Assembly (NCBI RefSeq): GCF_009914755.1
Contig: NC_060937.1
DNA length: 64,000 nucleotides
Source: the human T2T-CHM13v2.0 reference genome, Homo sapiens
Strand: one strand, 5' to 3'
Shown here: positions 16,002-35,482 of the stretch, piece after piece
Layout of the letters: every line of letters starts with the position of its first letter
How positions within the stretch are numbered: position 1 is the first letter of the stretch
Position numbers and translations under genes: made by a program
The notes under the pieces: model-generated
Database searches by the model: none
The model's input: only the letters and a program-made list of their open reading frames with translations
What the model was told of the DNA's origin: nothing

Positions 16002-16362
16002 GGTCTATGAGTCATTGGAGCTGAATTTCCTATCCAAAGGTATTCAAAATTATTTTCAAATCTGATCTGGCCAAACAGAATTCTACCATTCATCACTGCT
16101 GGTTTTCAAGCCCGGGCCCACTCCAGATTCCCTAGAATGGCACATCAGGGCATTCCTAATCAGGCCTAATCCATATCTCCTTTCTCATCATCCCTGCTAA
16201 ATTTCAGCCTGAGTTTACACACATTCACTGGACAACTTGTGTTTTTGGCATACTCAGCTGTATGTTTTTCCTCACTCTATTTCCTCCAGATAAGGACTAG
16301 AAATTCTAGCCGTGCTTTGAGGCCAACTCAAATGTAACCTCCTCTGGGGTGACTTTCCTGGG

Positions 16363-17203
<841 letters not shown>

Positions 17204-18094
17204 AGAGTACAGTGAACCTGCCTCACAGGCATCTCAAACAGAATGAAAGGTGCCTTGCTTTTTATTCCTAAAGATTTTTCTTTTTCCATCCTGGCCATAT
17301 GATTCAGTAGCCACATTTTAGCCTCTCAGTTGTGCATGTGCCTCCACCTGGCCACGTTGTGAGCTCTTTGGGGAGGCAGAACTACACTCTCCCTTTACCG
17401 CCTCAGTGTTCAACATGGTGCCTGATACTTGGGTGCTCAATCAATGAGTTGCACATGGAAAATTTAAAGAAATAAGGTTTTTGGTGGAGAAAAGAGGTGA
17501 AAAGTCATGGCCAAAATGAAGTGGAGATTTTGCTGTTGTCGCTGTGCTATCGTCTTTGTGTTGTGTTTCGCACGGATTTGAACTGTCCGTGTCCAGCCTG
17601 TTGCTCTTTAGCATGATTCTAACCTACACCTATGGGTGTTCTCTGCATCTATCTCCTGATTAAGCACATGCTATTCTCACAGGCAATTTGTTCTGGCAGC
17701 CTATGATGTCATTTCTAGGAGAACACTCTTGTCCAGTCTCTGCTATCCTAGCATCCTCTTGCTCAGAACTGAAGTTTCCCAAGAAGACTATCTCCTGTTT
17801 GCAGGACTTACTTTTCTATTTTTCCCTTAGAGGGTTACCTATGAAGAGAACTTTACACTGATATAAAGTCATCACAAAATCATTTTTGAATATTCAGTAC
17901 AAATAATGCTGAAGACTGGCTAAAGAGTATGTTATCACTGCTCTAAGCTTTGCATTTGGGTTCATCTGTGGAAGCATAGTAATTCTTGAAATTTCCTCTG
18001 CACTTCTCTTAGTTTATCTCTTTCTGTCATGTAGAAGTTATTCATGTTCACATTTTATCTTCCCTCCTAGACCAGGAGTTTCATTAGGAAAAAA

Positions 18095-18225
18095 AGAAAT
18101 TTTTCATTATAGAGAATTTGAAACATATACAAAAATAACAGAGAAGAGTATAAACTCTCACATACTTCATGAACTCATGGACAATGTTGTCACATCTGTA
18201 CTCCCATTCCCTATGGTTCTAAGTT
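18095..18225 (-). mobile_element. old L1M (L1MC/ME) 3' end, left part
   Basis: 'ttattatag...aatttgaaacatatacaaaaata'-type terminus; appears to resume at ~24495. Confidence 0.55.
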
Positions 18226-18231
18226 TTTCTA

Positions 18232-18530
<299 letters not shown>

Positions 18531-18533
18531 TAA

Positions 18534-18894
18534 TTTTTTTTCTTTTCTCTTTTTTTGAGATGGAGTCTCGCTCTGTCACCCAGGCTGGAGTGCAGTGGCG
18601 TGATCTCGACTCACCACAACCTCCACCTCCCGGGTTCAAGCAATTCTCTACCTCAGCCTCCCAAGGAGCTGGGATTACCAGCGCCTGCCACCATGTCCGG
18701 CTAATTTTTGTATTTTTAGTAGAGACAGGGTTTTACCGTCTTAGCCAGGCTGGTCTCAAACTCTTGACCTGGGTGACAGAGTGAGACCCCATCTCAAAAA
18801 AAAAAAAAAAAGAAAGATGCAATTGGTGGAAGTATCCACCCACCTCGGCCTCCCAATGTAATAGAATTACAGGTGTGAACCACCATGCCTGGCC
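18534..18894 (-). mobile_element. AluS with templated insertion at 18768-18836
   Basis: dimer interrupted by an opposite-orientation Alu tail plus unique flank. Confidence 0.92.
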
Positions 18895-19129
18895 TCAAAT
18901 TTTTTTTTTAACAATTTTTTAACAATTTTTTTTCCATAAGTTATTGGGGTACAGGTGGTATTTGGTTACATGAGTAAATTCTTTAGTGGTGATTTGTGAG
19001 ATTTTGGTGCATCCATCACCCGAGCAGTATACACTGCACCATATTTGTAGTCTTTTATCCCTTGCCCCCTCCCACTCTTCCCCCCAAGTCCCCAAAGTCC
19101 ACTGTATCATTCTTATGCCTTTGCATCCT

Positions 19130-21828
<2,699 letters not shown>

Positions 21829-22338
21829 CTTCCTCCTCAGGAACATTGATTATTCTTAGGTTTGGTCATTTAACATAATCCCAGACTTCTTGGAGGCTTT
21901 GTTCATATTTTATTATTCTTTTTTCTTTGTCTTTGTTGGATTGTGTTAATTTGAAGACCTTGTCTTCAAGCTCTGAATTTCTTTCTTCTGCTTGTTCAAT
22001 TCTATTGCTGAGACTTTCCAAAGCACCTGACATTTCTAAAAGTATGTCCAAAATTTCCTGAATTTTTAAATTATTTTTTTCTGTAAGCTATCTATTTCCT
22101 TGAATATTTCTCCCTTTACTTCTTGTATCATTTTCTGGATACTTTTGCATTGGGCTTCTCCTTTCTCTGGTCCCTCCCTGATTAGCTTAATAACTAACCT
22201 CCTGAATTCTTTTTCAGGTAAATCCGGGATTTCTTCTTGGTTTGGATCCATTGCTGGTGAACTAGTGTGATTTTTTGGGGATACTGAACAGCCTTGTTTT
22301 GTCATATTACCAGGGTTGATTGTCTGGCTCCTTCTCAC
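21829..22338 (-). pseudogene. degenerate L1 ORF1 N-terminal/coiled-coil half
   Basis: PEKEFRRLVIKLIRE, RIEQAEERNSELEDK, EQSLQEVWDYVK. Confidence 0.88.
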
Positions 22339-23839
22339 TTGGATAGGCTCTGTCAGAGGGAAGGTCTAGGGCTGAAGGCTGTTGTTCAGATTCTTTTGTC
22401 CCATGGGGTGTTCCCTTGATGTAGTACTCCCCCCTTTTTCCTGTGGATGTGGCTTCCTGTGAGCCAAACTGCAGTGATTATTGTCTCTTTTCTGGGTCTA
22501 GCCACCCAGTGAGTCTAGCCAGCTCCAGGCTGGTACTGGAGGTTGTCTGCACAGAGTCCTGTGATGTGAACCGTCTGTGGGTCTCTCAGCCATGGATACC
22601 AGCACCTGTTCCAGTGGAGGTGGAGGAGGGTATAATGTACTCCATGAGGGTCCTTAACTTCGGTGGTTTAATGCTCTATTTTTGTGCTGGTTGGCCTCCT
22701 GCCAGGAGGTGGTGCTTTCCAGAAAGCATCAGCTGTAGTCATGTGGAAAGGGACTGGTGGTGGGTGGGGCCCTAGAACTCCCAAGATTAAATGCCCTTTG
22801 TCTTTCCCTACCAGGGCGGGTAGGGAAGGACCATAAGGTGGGGGCGGGGCTGGGTGTGTCTGAGCTCAGACTCTCCTTGGGCAGGTCTTGCTTCAGCTGC
22901 TGTGGGGGATGGGGGTGGGATTCCTAGGTCACTGGAATTGTGTACCTAGGAGGATTATGGCTGCCTCTGTTGAGTCATACAGGTTGTCAGGGAAGTTGGG
23001 GAAAGCTGGCAATCACAGGCCTCACCCAGCTCCCACAGAAACCGAAGGGTCGGCCTCACTCCCACCGTGCCTCCCCCAACAGCCTCGAGTCTGTTTCCTG
23101 GTGGAGGGTGAGATGGGCTTGAAAACTTGCCCAAGGCTTTTTCCCTTCCAGCTGTGGAAGAAAAGGGCTTCAGTTCTTCCCCCTGCATGTGAAGTCTGCA
23201 CACCAGATTCATGCTCTCCCCCAGGTTCTGGTCAGGAGGCTTCTTGCCCCTTTCAAATTGTTATAAAGTTCAGCTAGAGAATTCCTTCTCCCTATGGAGT
23301 TTTACCCCCTTCTCCTCTGGCCACCCTCCTGATGGATCCCTGTGGTGTCAGGCAGGAATGGGCTGCTTGGGGACCCAACGAGCTCCCAGGACCTTTCTGC
23401 TGCTTCCTCTACCCTTGTATTTTGCTCGGCTCAGCTCTCTAACTTGACTCAGCTTGAGGTAAAGTTGGAAACTTCTCCCAAAAACAGACCTTCCGCTTCC
23501 CCAGTGGTGATGTGTGTTTGGAAGAGGAGGGTCCCCCTTTCCCACTTCCGCAGTTGGGGCACTCACAGTATTTGGGGTGTCTCCTGTGTCCTGCAGGGGC
23601 AGTCCGCTTCCTTCAGAGGGTCTGCGGCTCCTCTCAGGATTGCTGGTTTGTTCTTGCAGTTGATCTGTAGGGTTATTCTCCAGCTGAGGGTAAGGGTCAG
23701 TGGACCCTGCAACTCTGCAGTTCCACCTCTGCCACCCCTGCCGCTACCGCCAAGCCAGTGACCTCAGGTACCTTCCCTGCCCCACCCACCCAGACGGGTG
23801 CCCCTTCCTTGCCAGCCCAGGTGCACCCACCTGGCCCTA

Positions 23840-24495
23840 ATTTTTTTTTTATTGTGCTAAAAAATACATGTTATAATTTTGCATTTTAATCATGTTTAAG
23901 TATACAGTTCAGTGGTATTAAAGACATCCGCATTGTTATGCAACCATCACCACCACCCATCTCCAGAAAAGAGTTCTTACAAAACTAAAACTCTGGACCC
24001 ATTAGATGGTAACTCCCCACTTCCCCTCCCCCAGTCTCTGGTAATCATCATTCTACTTTTTGTCTCTGTGAATCTGACACTCTAGATACCCTATATATTT
24101 GCCTACCCCCACTTTTTTTTTTTTTTTGAGACACAGTCTCACTCTGTCACCTAGGCTGGAGTACAATGGCATGATCTTGGCTCCACTGCAACCTCCACCT
24201 TCCGGGTTCAAGAGATTCTCCTGTCTCAGTCTCCCGAGTAGCTGGAATTACAGGCACATGCCACCACGCCCAGCTAATTTTTGTATTTTTTGTAGAGATG
24301 GGGTTTCATCATGTTGGCCAGGCTGGTCTCAAACTTCTGGCCTCAAGTATTCAGCCCGCCTCAGCTTCCCAAAGTGCTGGGATTACAGGTGTGAGGCACC
24401 ATGCCCGGCCATATTTGTCCTTTTGTGTCTGGCTTATTTCACTTAGCACGTTTTCAAGGTTCATCCACGTTGTGCATGTATCAAAATTGCTAATA
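23840..24495 (-). mobile_element. L1MB 3' end with Alu insertion
   Basis: 'ttaagtatacagttcagtggtattaa...gcaaccatcaccacc...tctccagaa'. Confidence 0.8.
24113..24410 (-). mobile_element. AluS
   Basis: full dimer. Confidence 0.95.
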
Positions 24496-24705
24496 CTATT
24501 TTAAATCATGTTACACATATCATTTTCGCTCATTCATAAATATCTTACTATGTGTCTCTAAAAGATAAAGACGTTTTAACATAACCACAATACCAATGTC
24601 ACACCTAAAAATAAACAATTAAAAAATAATAGGAAATAAAAAAGGTAGTAATTCCTTACTACCATCAAATACCCTTCCAGTGTTCAAATTTTGAATTGCC
24701 TCATA
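24495..24705 (-). mobile_element. old L1MC/ME 3' region, right part
   Basis: 'gtgtctctaaaagataaag...aacataaccacaatacca...cacacctaaaa'. Confidence 0.6.
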
Positions 24706-24817
24706 AAAGATAGATTCTCCACCGTTCTTGAGTACAGAATTCCTGTTTAATTTGTCCTGACAACCTTCCTCTCCCCATAGTAGCTGTCTTGCACACAAAA
24801 GATGCTGTCATACTACA

Positions 24818-24837
24818 TTTCACCAATAGGTGGCACG
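24818..24837 (+). promoter_or_regulatory. candidate CTCF site
   Basis: TTTCACCAATAGGTGGCACG, one mismatch to core. Confidence 0.45.
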
Positions 24838-25571
24838 AATAATCATGACATTTGCTAAATCCAGTTGGTATTTACACAAGAGGAAACATCATTTGCAGAA
24901 AGTTGGCAATTATAGGTAAATATACAAACACAGAAATTGAAAATAGCCTGTTTGCTCTATGTAACACGCATAAAACCTGAATACATCCCAATTCTAAGGG
25001 ATAATTATTGATATCATTCAAACTTTCTATTTGTTTTAAGGAGAACATGGAAAACGTATTTCTTGGTGTTGACGTTTATCTCTACAATGTCAACATTTTT
25101 AGTGTTAAATAATTGAGGCCAGTTATGTTTATTTATTCTTCCGCTTAATAAAAGAAAAAGTAAATAGAATCTACTTGTACAATTGATTGCTGTGTTAAAT
25201 GCCCGTTACAAATGTATTGTCTGAATTGTATTAAGTGTACTTATCTCTGAATAAAACAGTTGCTTTCCCAAACTTCCTCTAGCGTGTTCTGAAGAACAGA
25301 GAATCTTAGGATGGTAGATACGGACAGGGCCTTTAAGACCACCTAGTCTGGCCCCATCATCTGACAGATGAACAGACATGAAACCTCATCGTAAGATCAC
25401 ACAACACCTTGATGGCTTTTGTGTAATTTGTTATCTTTCTGCCAGCAATCTCACCTTCTCCCCTCCACCCCTACTCTTAAAAAACTAACTGCTTGGTAAA
25501 ATTAATATTTCATTTTAAGGATGCAAAACCCAAATTGTGCAATTAATCCTCCCTTTCTTGTCCTTTCAATA

Positions 25572-25891
<320 letters not shown>

Positions 25892-26017
25892 CCTTTGCAT
25901 ATATTTAGCAAATATTTATTGGGTATTACCAGGACTAAACAAGATCTTGTTCCCTTGGTCAACGGAGCCTTTTATTTGAGTCCATGTCTTGTAATTTCCT
26001 AGAAAGAAATGAAGCTC

Positions 26018-26405
<388 letters not shown>

Positions 26406-26819
26406 TCAGCCCAGATAACATAATAATTCTGAGTCATTTTTTATCCTATCCTCCTATATTCAAATTAACATTTAATACTGGACTGTTCTTTCTGTTCTTA
26501 AAATCAGCTCCTCCAGCCAGGACAGGCCCTAAACTCTGCTCTTGAAAGTAGGTTCTCACCAGATTTATCCCAAGAACAACTTCCTTTTATCTTCCCCAGA
26601 TGTTCCGGAATATCTGGGCTCTTTTCCCTGAAATGGCACTTCCCACATGTTGGATACGGCCCTTTGCCCTTTCTCAGGCTGTGTCTGCATTCTTCTCTCC
26701 TCTTTTCAACTACCAAACCCTCGCCTATACAACTTTATGGCTTCATTGGGCAGTTCATCCCACCTGGTAAATAAGCACACATTCACGTCTGACGCATATG
26801 CTTCACTTCCAGTAGTACC

Positions 26820-27025
26820 TTCCAGTGTGTTCTTTGAGATATTCATAAGTGGGGAGATATTCCATAGTCAAAAAGTTTGAGAAGCAATTGTTTAAACAAA
26901 TTTAAATAGCTTCCTTTACTGCAGGACTTTTCAGAGTCTTTGATTTCAATAGGCATCGTTGGTCCTTTAAGATAGGAAGATAGTACTGTATGGGGCATTT
27001 TCAAAATTGATTTGATTAAAAAGCA
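26820..27025. mobile_element. hAT-Charlie MER113-like fragment
   Basis: 'aagtttgagaa...ttaaacaaa...ctttactgcaggactt' motif. Confidence 0.45.
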
Positions 27026-27033
27026 CTACCCCT

Positions 27034-27407
27034 TGTCTTACTGTGCTCAGGCTGCGATTACAAAATACCATAGACTGGGTGGCTTAAACAGCAGACATTT
27101 ACTTCTCATGGCTCTGGAGGCTGGGAAGTTCACGGTCAAGGGCCAGCAGATTGAGTTCCTGGAGAGGGCACTCCTCCTGGCCTGCAGATGGCTGCCATCT
27201 CACTGTGTGCTCATGTTCTGGAGAGTGACCCAGCCCTTGTCTCTTTCTCTTCTTGTAAGGGCACTAATCCCACCACGGGGGCCCCACCCTCATGACCTCA
27301 TGTAAACCTAATTATTTCCTGAAGACTCCACCTCAAATGCCATCACATTGGGGGTTACAGCTTCAACATATGGATCTGAGGGGGACCCAGGCCTCCAGTA
27401 CATGACA
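27034..27407 (-). mobile_element. MLT1A0-type MaLR solo LTR
   Basis: 'ctcaggctgc...caaaataccatagactgggtggcttaaac...cttcaacatatg'. Confidence 0.88.
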
Positions 27408-27479
27408 CTCCTTTTGTTTTCCTCATTGCACCATCTGCTACTGGGTTCTGTGGAATGCACATAGGGACACACAAACTCC

Positions 27480-27700
27480 AGTGCAGGCTCTGGGTCTGAA
27501 AACAGACAACCTGAACTCAATCCCAGCTCCACCACTCCCTAGCTGTGGGACTTGGGTAAGTTTCTCAATCTCCCCAGGCCTGTTTTCCAGCTGGAAAACG
27601 AGGATAATAGTACCTACCTCATAGAGTTGTTGTGAAGACGAAATGCTTCTATACAGGGCAATACGGGGCCACACAAAGGAAGCACTAAAAAAAAAATGTC
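27480..27700. mobile_element. MIR
   Basis: 'aatcccagctcc...ctagctgtgggacttgggtaagtt...ataatagtacctacctcatagagttgttg'. Confidence 0.85.
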
Positions 27701-28951
27701 AGCTATAATCATGAAATGTCAGTATCAATAATTAACTATAATTAAACAATCTATTATATCGGTTATTAATAAACATATTATAGTGAATGAAACTTATTAT
27801 GTGGCAATATTTAATTTATTTTGAGGCTGAATATTGAATTCTATGAAAGGATCATGGTCAAGCTTCTATTTTAGGCTCTTAGAGGACAATATAGCATTGA
27901 AAGAAAATCACAAGAGAAGCCATGGCAAGCATGAGCCAGGAATCAGAAGCAGTGTGGCTGGGCTTAAGGAAGAAGGGGCCACTGAGCTCAGTGCCAGGAC
28001 TCTGTGCCAACCGCCACAGCCCTGACAGGAAGCAGAGCTGTTACTCTGCAAAGGACAGACCAGCCACACAAAGAGGGAGGCAGGCCTGCCCATCCTCCCG
28101 GCTTTGTGCAGATAGATTTGGACTCGTGGTAGTGTCATCTTTGAATGTGCATTGCAGTTTCACATCCATACCTACCTCACCAAATAATCCTAGAATAGTG
28201 AACTTCAACACAAATGTCCCCTGCAATTTCAGGGGCTTAAGTGGTCCCTTTATGTAACAGGCAAAGGATTAGGGCCAGCTGGGAAAATCCAAGTGTTTAA
28301 AACCTGTTCAGCACTTTTGCAGCCAAAGAGTAAGTTGCCAAACATTTTCCTCTCAAAAGAAAACAGGCCACTGAATACTAGAAAGGGGAATTCTGGAAGG
28401 AAAGAAAAAATCAAAGAAGAGAAGAGAAGTGAAGGGACATCTTGGGAAAAGTAAAATGATGTTGAACTTAAAGGTTTAGGACATTGAGAAGGTAAACTTG
28501 AACATTTTTCTTTAAAATAAAAACACAACAAAAAGAGAAACAATACAAGATGATTTTAAAAAGCAAACCAAGGGGAAATTTTTACAGTCTATTAATTTCT
28601 AGATGTAATAAAATTAAAACACAGATTCTTGCTTAACAGATCCCAGGAGCATTCAGAGTTATGGATCAGGTTCTTCCTGAGAGGGAATCTGAAGGTCAGT
28701 GTGTGACCTGAGGAAAGCACCTCCTTGGAGCTGCCAGGCAGCCCTCATCTCCCAGCATGACTATCCTGCCTTCTCACTACTGTTTCATTGAATCCTCCAG
28801 GGATCCACAACGCCAAACTCCAGATCCTCATTCCTTTAGATCCTTCTCCAGCAGCATCACAGTAGGAAACATTCCAAAGAGAATTTCAGTTTCCAGTACA
28901 ACTACACACACAAGATGTCTATGGGCAAAATATTTTATGGGTGATATACTC

Positions 28952-29253
28952 TTTTTTCTTTTTTCTTTTTTTGAGACAGGGATTGCTCTGTTGCCCAGGC
29001 TGGAGTGCAGTGGTGCCATCATGGCTCAGTGCAGCCTCAACCTCCTGGGCTCAGGTAATCCTCCCACCTCAGCCTCCCGAGTAGCTGGGACTACAGGCAC
29101 AAGCCACCACGCCTGGCTGATTTTTGTATTTTTAGTAGAGATGGGGTTTCACCATGTTTGCCAGGCTGGTCTCAAACTCCTGGCCTTAAGTGATCCACCC
29201 ATCTCAGCCTCTGAAAATGCTGGGATTACAAGCATGAGCCATCGTGCCCGGCC
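28952..29253 (-). mobile_element. AluJ
   Basis: dimer. Confidence 0.93.
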
Positions 29254-29267
29254 TATTCCTCTCCTTT

Positions 29268-29690
29268 ATAATTTTTAAATTGTGATAAAATTAAAATATG
29301 CACAACATAAACTTTACCACATTGACCATTTTTGAGTGTATAGCTCAATAGTGTTAAGTACGTTCACATTGTTGCACAAGCAATTTCCAGAACTTTTTTA
29401 TCTTGCAAAACTGAAACTCTGTACCCATTAAAGAACTCATTTCTGCCTCTGCCACTGCCGGGCAACCACCGTTCTATTTTCTGTCTCTATGAATTTGATG
29501 ACTCTTGATACCTCGTATAAGTGGAATCGCACAGAATTTGTCCTTTTGTGACTGGCTTTTCACTTGGCATAATGTCTTCAATTTTCATCCATGTTGTAGC
29601 ATGAGTCAGAGCTTCCTTGCTTTTCAAGACTGAATAACATTCCATCGTATGGATAGACCACATCTTGTTTATCCATTAATCCGTCCATGC
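29268..29690 (-). mobile_element. L1MB 3' end
   Basis: 'tcttgcaaaactgaaactctgtacccattaa', 'tgtccttttgtgactggct'. Confidence 0.85.
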
Positions 29691-29818
29691 CAGGAATACG
29701 TTTTAAGAAGTCCATGAAAATGCTTGGAGTTGTGTTTAAAAGAGTTTTATAAGTCATGATTGGCAGCAATTATTAAGCACCCTTTTCTGATTAGCCAGCA
29801 TTGAAAAGAGACAGGACT

Positions 29819-30119
<301 letters not shown>

Positions 30120-30382
30120 TAGACAGGACTAAGTGATTTGGATCTGCATGCTGACAGGCAGATAGACAGGCACCGGGGCAGACTGAGCGATCCAGACCTG
30201 ACCAGCCCTGCTGCCAGTGGAGGTGGAAGGTTCCCAGGAAGGCCTGAGAGTCTGGGAGGGAAACTGCCTAAGGGGGTGATAAATGGAATCAGCAGCAGAG
30301 CCCCAACACTGACCCAGGCACTGACAAAGCAAGCCTGACACGTTGGGAAGGGATTTAGCACTAGAAAAAAGTTCCTTTATAC

Positions 30383-30606
30383 CAAGGGTATCCGATCTTT
30401 TGGCTTCTCTGGGCCACATTGGAAGAATTGTCTTGGGCCACACATAAAATACATGAACACTAATGATACCTGATGAGCACAAAGAAAAAAAATACCACAA
30501 GAAAATTTCATAATGTTTTAAGGAAGTTTACAAATTTGTGTTGAGCCTCATTCAAAGCCATCCTTGGCCCACAGGCAGCCCATAGGCCATGGGTTGGACA
30601 AGCTTG
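30383..30606. mobile_element. MER30 (hAT-Charlie)
   Basis: 'tcttttggcttctctgggccacattggaagaattgtcttgggccacacataaaatac' ... gggttggacaagcttg. Confidence 0.9.
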
Positions 30607-30629
30607 CTCTATGTTAAATGTTCCCACCC

Positions 30630-31410
30630 ACCTACCAATTCATGTAGTCTGCAAATACTTACTGACTGCCTGCTATGTGCCAGGCACTGTTCTAAAATTT
30701 GAGAATATATCCTCGAATAAAGCCCAAAGGCTCCCCATTCTCCTAGAGTCTACATTCTATTGAAGTGGAGAGACACACTCTAAACAGATAAATAAACAAG
30801 GCTGAGAGGTCAGTAAAACAGCATGTTGCATGCGAGTGAGGCGGGGTCTAAATAAGAATGGGAAGTTAGGGAAAGCATCTCTGGGAAGTACCTATTTAGC
30901 CTGAGGCCTCAATGGCTCAAAGGAGTTAGTCGCCATGCAATGATCCAGGAAGGAGAGTGCGCCTGGCAGAGGGAACAGCAAATGCCAAGAGTGAGCCTCA
31001 AATGGGAGACAACTCACTACATTTGAGGCCAGTGTTGGAGTAGAGTGAGGGTGGAGTGGGAGGATGGGAGAGGCCAGTTTATGCACAGCTTGTAGCTGAG
31101 TACAGAAGGATGTTTCAGGAATGTGTGGAGGAAGGTAAGGGAGGAGGTCTCTGGCAAGTGGAGGAAGGATGCACAGAAAGAAGCAATGCTTGTTGAGGAA
31201 CAAGAAGCAATTGCTGTGAGTAGGGTCTGGCATGAGTGATGATCAGTGAATGACAAAGTTGGAGAGGTGGGTTGGGGCAAGCCTTTGAGACACCAATAAG
31301 AAGCTAACGAAGGGATTTCAACTTTATCCAGCTAACCACCAGAAACCATTAAAAGTTTTTAATTAGAGAAGTGACCTCATTTTCGTTTTAAAAATAAACT
31401 TGTTGCTGGG
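30630..31410. mobile_element. L2 LINE
   Basis: 'aaatacttactgactgcctgctatgtgccaggcactgttcta', 'ggcagagggaacagcaaatgc'. Confidence 0.75.
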
Positions 31411-31567
31411 ATGGATTTGAATGGAAGGGTGACACAATTCTCCTGGGAAACAAAGAAAATTGAACTGAGCAAAAGGAGTGGAAGAAGCAGAGAGGGCGCG
31501 GCATGTAAGGGATACCATCGAGGGCAGATCATTTTGGTCTTTTTAAAAAAATTTTTTTTAATTCTTA

Positions 31568-32680
<1,113 letters not shown>

Positions 32681-32957
32681 GGGATAGATTCACTTGGAAG
32701 CTTGTTAGATTTTAAAGGTGAGAAAAAGAAGTTTAGCTGAACTCCAAGGTTCCTGACTTGGGCATATAGTCTACAATTCATCTAGAAAAGAAATCACCAG
32801 TCTGGGAGTACAAATGAGATCATAATTGCAGTAACACTTCGAATCTTAATTTTTTTGTCCTCCCACCTGCTTAATTATAGGAAGTCTGGCCTTACTTGTG
32901 ATTTCTCACCTCTCAAATGTCTGAGCAGCCTCAGGGAGTGGTTGTACAAACCTGTGA

Positions 32958-33374
<417 letters not shown>

Positions 33375-33979
33375 GGCAGCAAGTTTTAAGTGAGGGGGAT
33401 GTGCACTCTCCCGATGCATTATGCTCACTCAGTAAAAAGGTCTTCAGCAAAGATGTCCTGTTTCTGGAGCATCTATCTCTTCTGATGGACACATTTGTAT
33501 GGATGAATGAAAGGGATAGGAGTAAAACTTAAAGTCTCAACAGGTTCCCAGTGGCCACCCAAGCATACTGTTCTAACTGTTGGTTGGCTCTATCTTGTGG
33601 TAGGGTTAAATTTGCTCAAATGCTTCCTGTGTAGGTGAAGAGAAATGGATTCACAGATGGAGTCTGTCTTGGGCCTGTATTTTGGATATTTGCCCATTGG
33701 AGATATTTAATATATAGCTAAATATTTTGATCTCAAGACAGAAGCCAGAGGTGAATATGTAGATTTTCGTAGAGGTGATAATATTAATAAAAGCCACAAG
33801 AGTGAATGTGTTTACCAAAGGAGAAAATGTAAAGAAAAAAACATTAGAGGGTCAAACACTAAACCATGGAAAGTGGCTAATATTGAGGGTTAAAAAGTAT
33901 TGATAAAAATACAGGTACAATATTCAAAAGAATGCATTTTTATATAAAACCAAAGGGAAGGATGTTATATCAAGAGCTG

Positions 33980-34575
33980 TCCATAGGTTCCTCAAAAAAT
34001 TAAAAATAAAACTACCGTATGATCTAGAAATTCCGCTTCTGGTTAAATACTCAAAAGAATGGAAAGCAAGATCTCAAAGAGATATTTGTACACCCATGTT
34101 TATAGCAGCACTGTTTATAAAAACTGAAACATGGAAGAAACCCAAGTGTCCGTGGGTGGATGAATGGATAAACAAAATGTCCTATATACTTACAATGGAA
34201 TATTATTCAGCCTTAAAAGGGATGAAAGTTCTGACCCAAGCTACAGCATACATGAATCTTAAGGATGTAATACTAAATGAAATAAGTCAGTCACAAAGAA
34301 ACAAATGCTGTATAATTCTACTTATATAAGGCACTTAGTCAAAATTATAGTGGCACAAAGTAGAATGGTGGCTGCTAGGGAGAAGGGGGAGGGAGAAATG
34401 GCGGGCTGTTGTTAATGGTACAGAGTTTCAGTTCTGCAAGTTGAAAAGAGTTCTGGGGACTGGTTGCACAAATGTGAATATACTTAACACTACTGAACTG
34501 TACACTTCAAAATGGTTACAATAATAAATTTTATGTTACCTGTATTTTATCAGAATTTTAAACATTGAAATGAAA
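33980..34575 (+). mobile_element. L1MB 3' region
   Basis: 'gatatttgtacacccatgtttatagcagcac', 'gatgaatggataaacaaaatg', 'actgaactgtacactt'. Confidence 0.88.
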
Positions 34576-34880
34576 AGGAGTAGTCATGGATACTACATGG
34601 AATTACAGGAAAATGCACACCTTAAAATATTTCCTGGATTTGGTCATTGAAAAGAGTTTGAAGTAGAGATTGTCGATAAAGCCAGCCAAGCAAGCAAATA
34701 TCATCACTGAAGAAGTATGACAATTGAACCAGAAAGAGGACTACAGTGAGGTGAATAGTGTAAGTTACAGAAGACTATATATGGGCATATTTATGGACAG
34801 GAAAACAGGAATATTCTCTTCTGTCTGCCTACATTTTTTACTTCTGCAAGAAACATTAAGTCCTCTGCAAGAAACATTAA

Positions 34881-35237
<357 letters not shown>

Positions 35238-35254
35238 TAAAATATTTTTTAATA

Positions 35255-35482
<228 letters not shown>

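Noticed and set aside
17812-17838. 27-nt minus-strand micro-exon (tcttcatag|...|gtaagt)
   Set aside because: Stop codons in all three frames and no supporting neighbouring exons
28757-29278. 173-aa ORF
   Set aside because: More than half is antisense AluJ; the rest is unremarkable
34843-34880. Short tandem duplication (similar ones at 4742-4772, 19830-19875 and 41378-41414)
   Set aside because: Ordinary slippage duplications with no further structure
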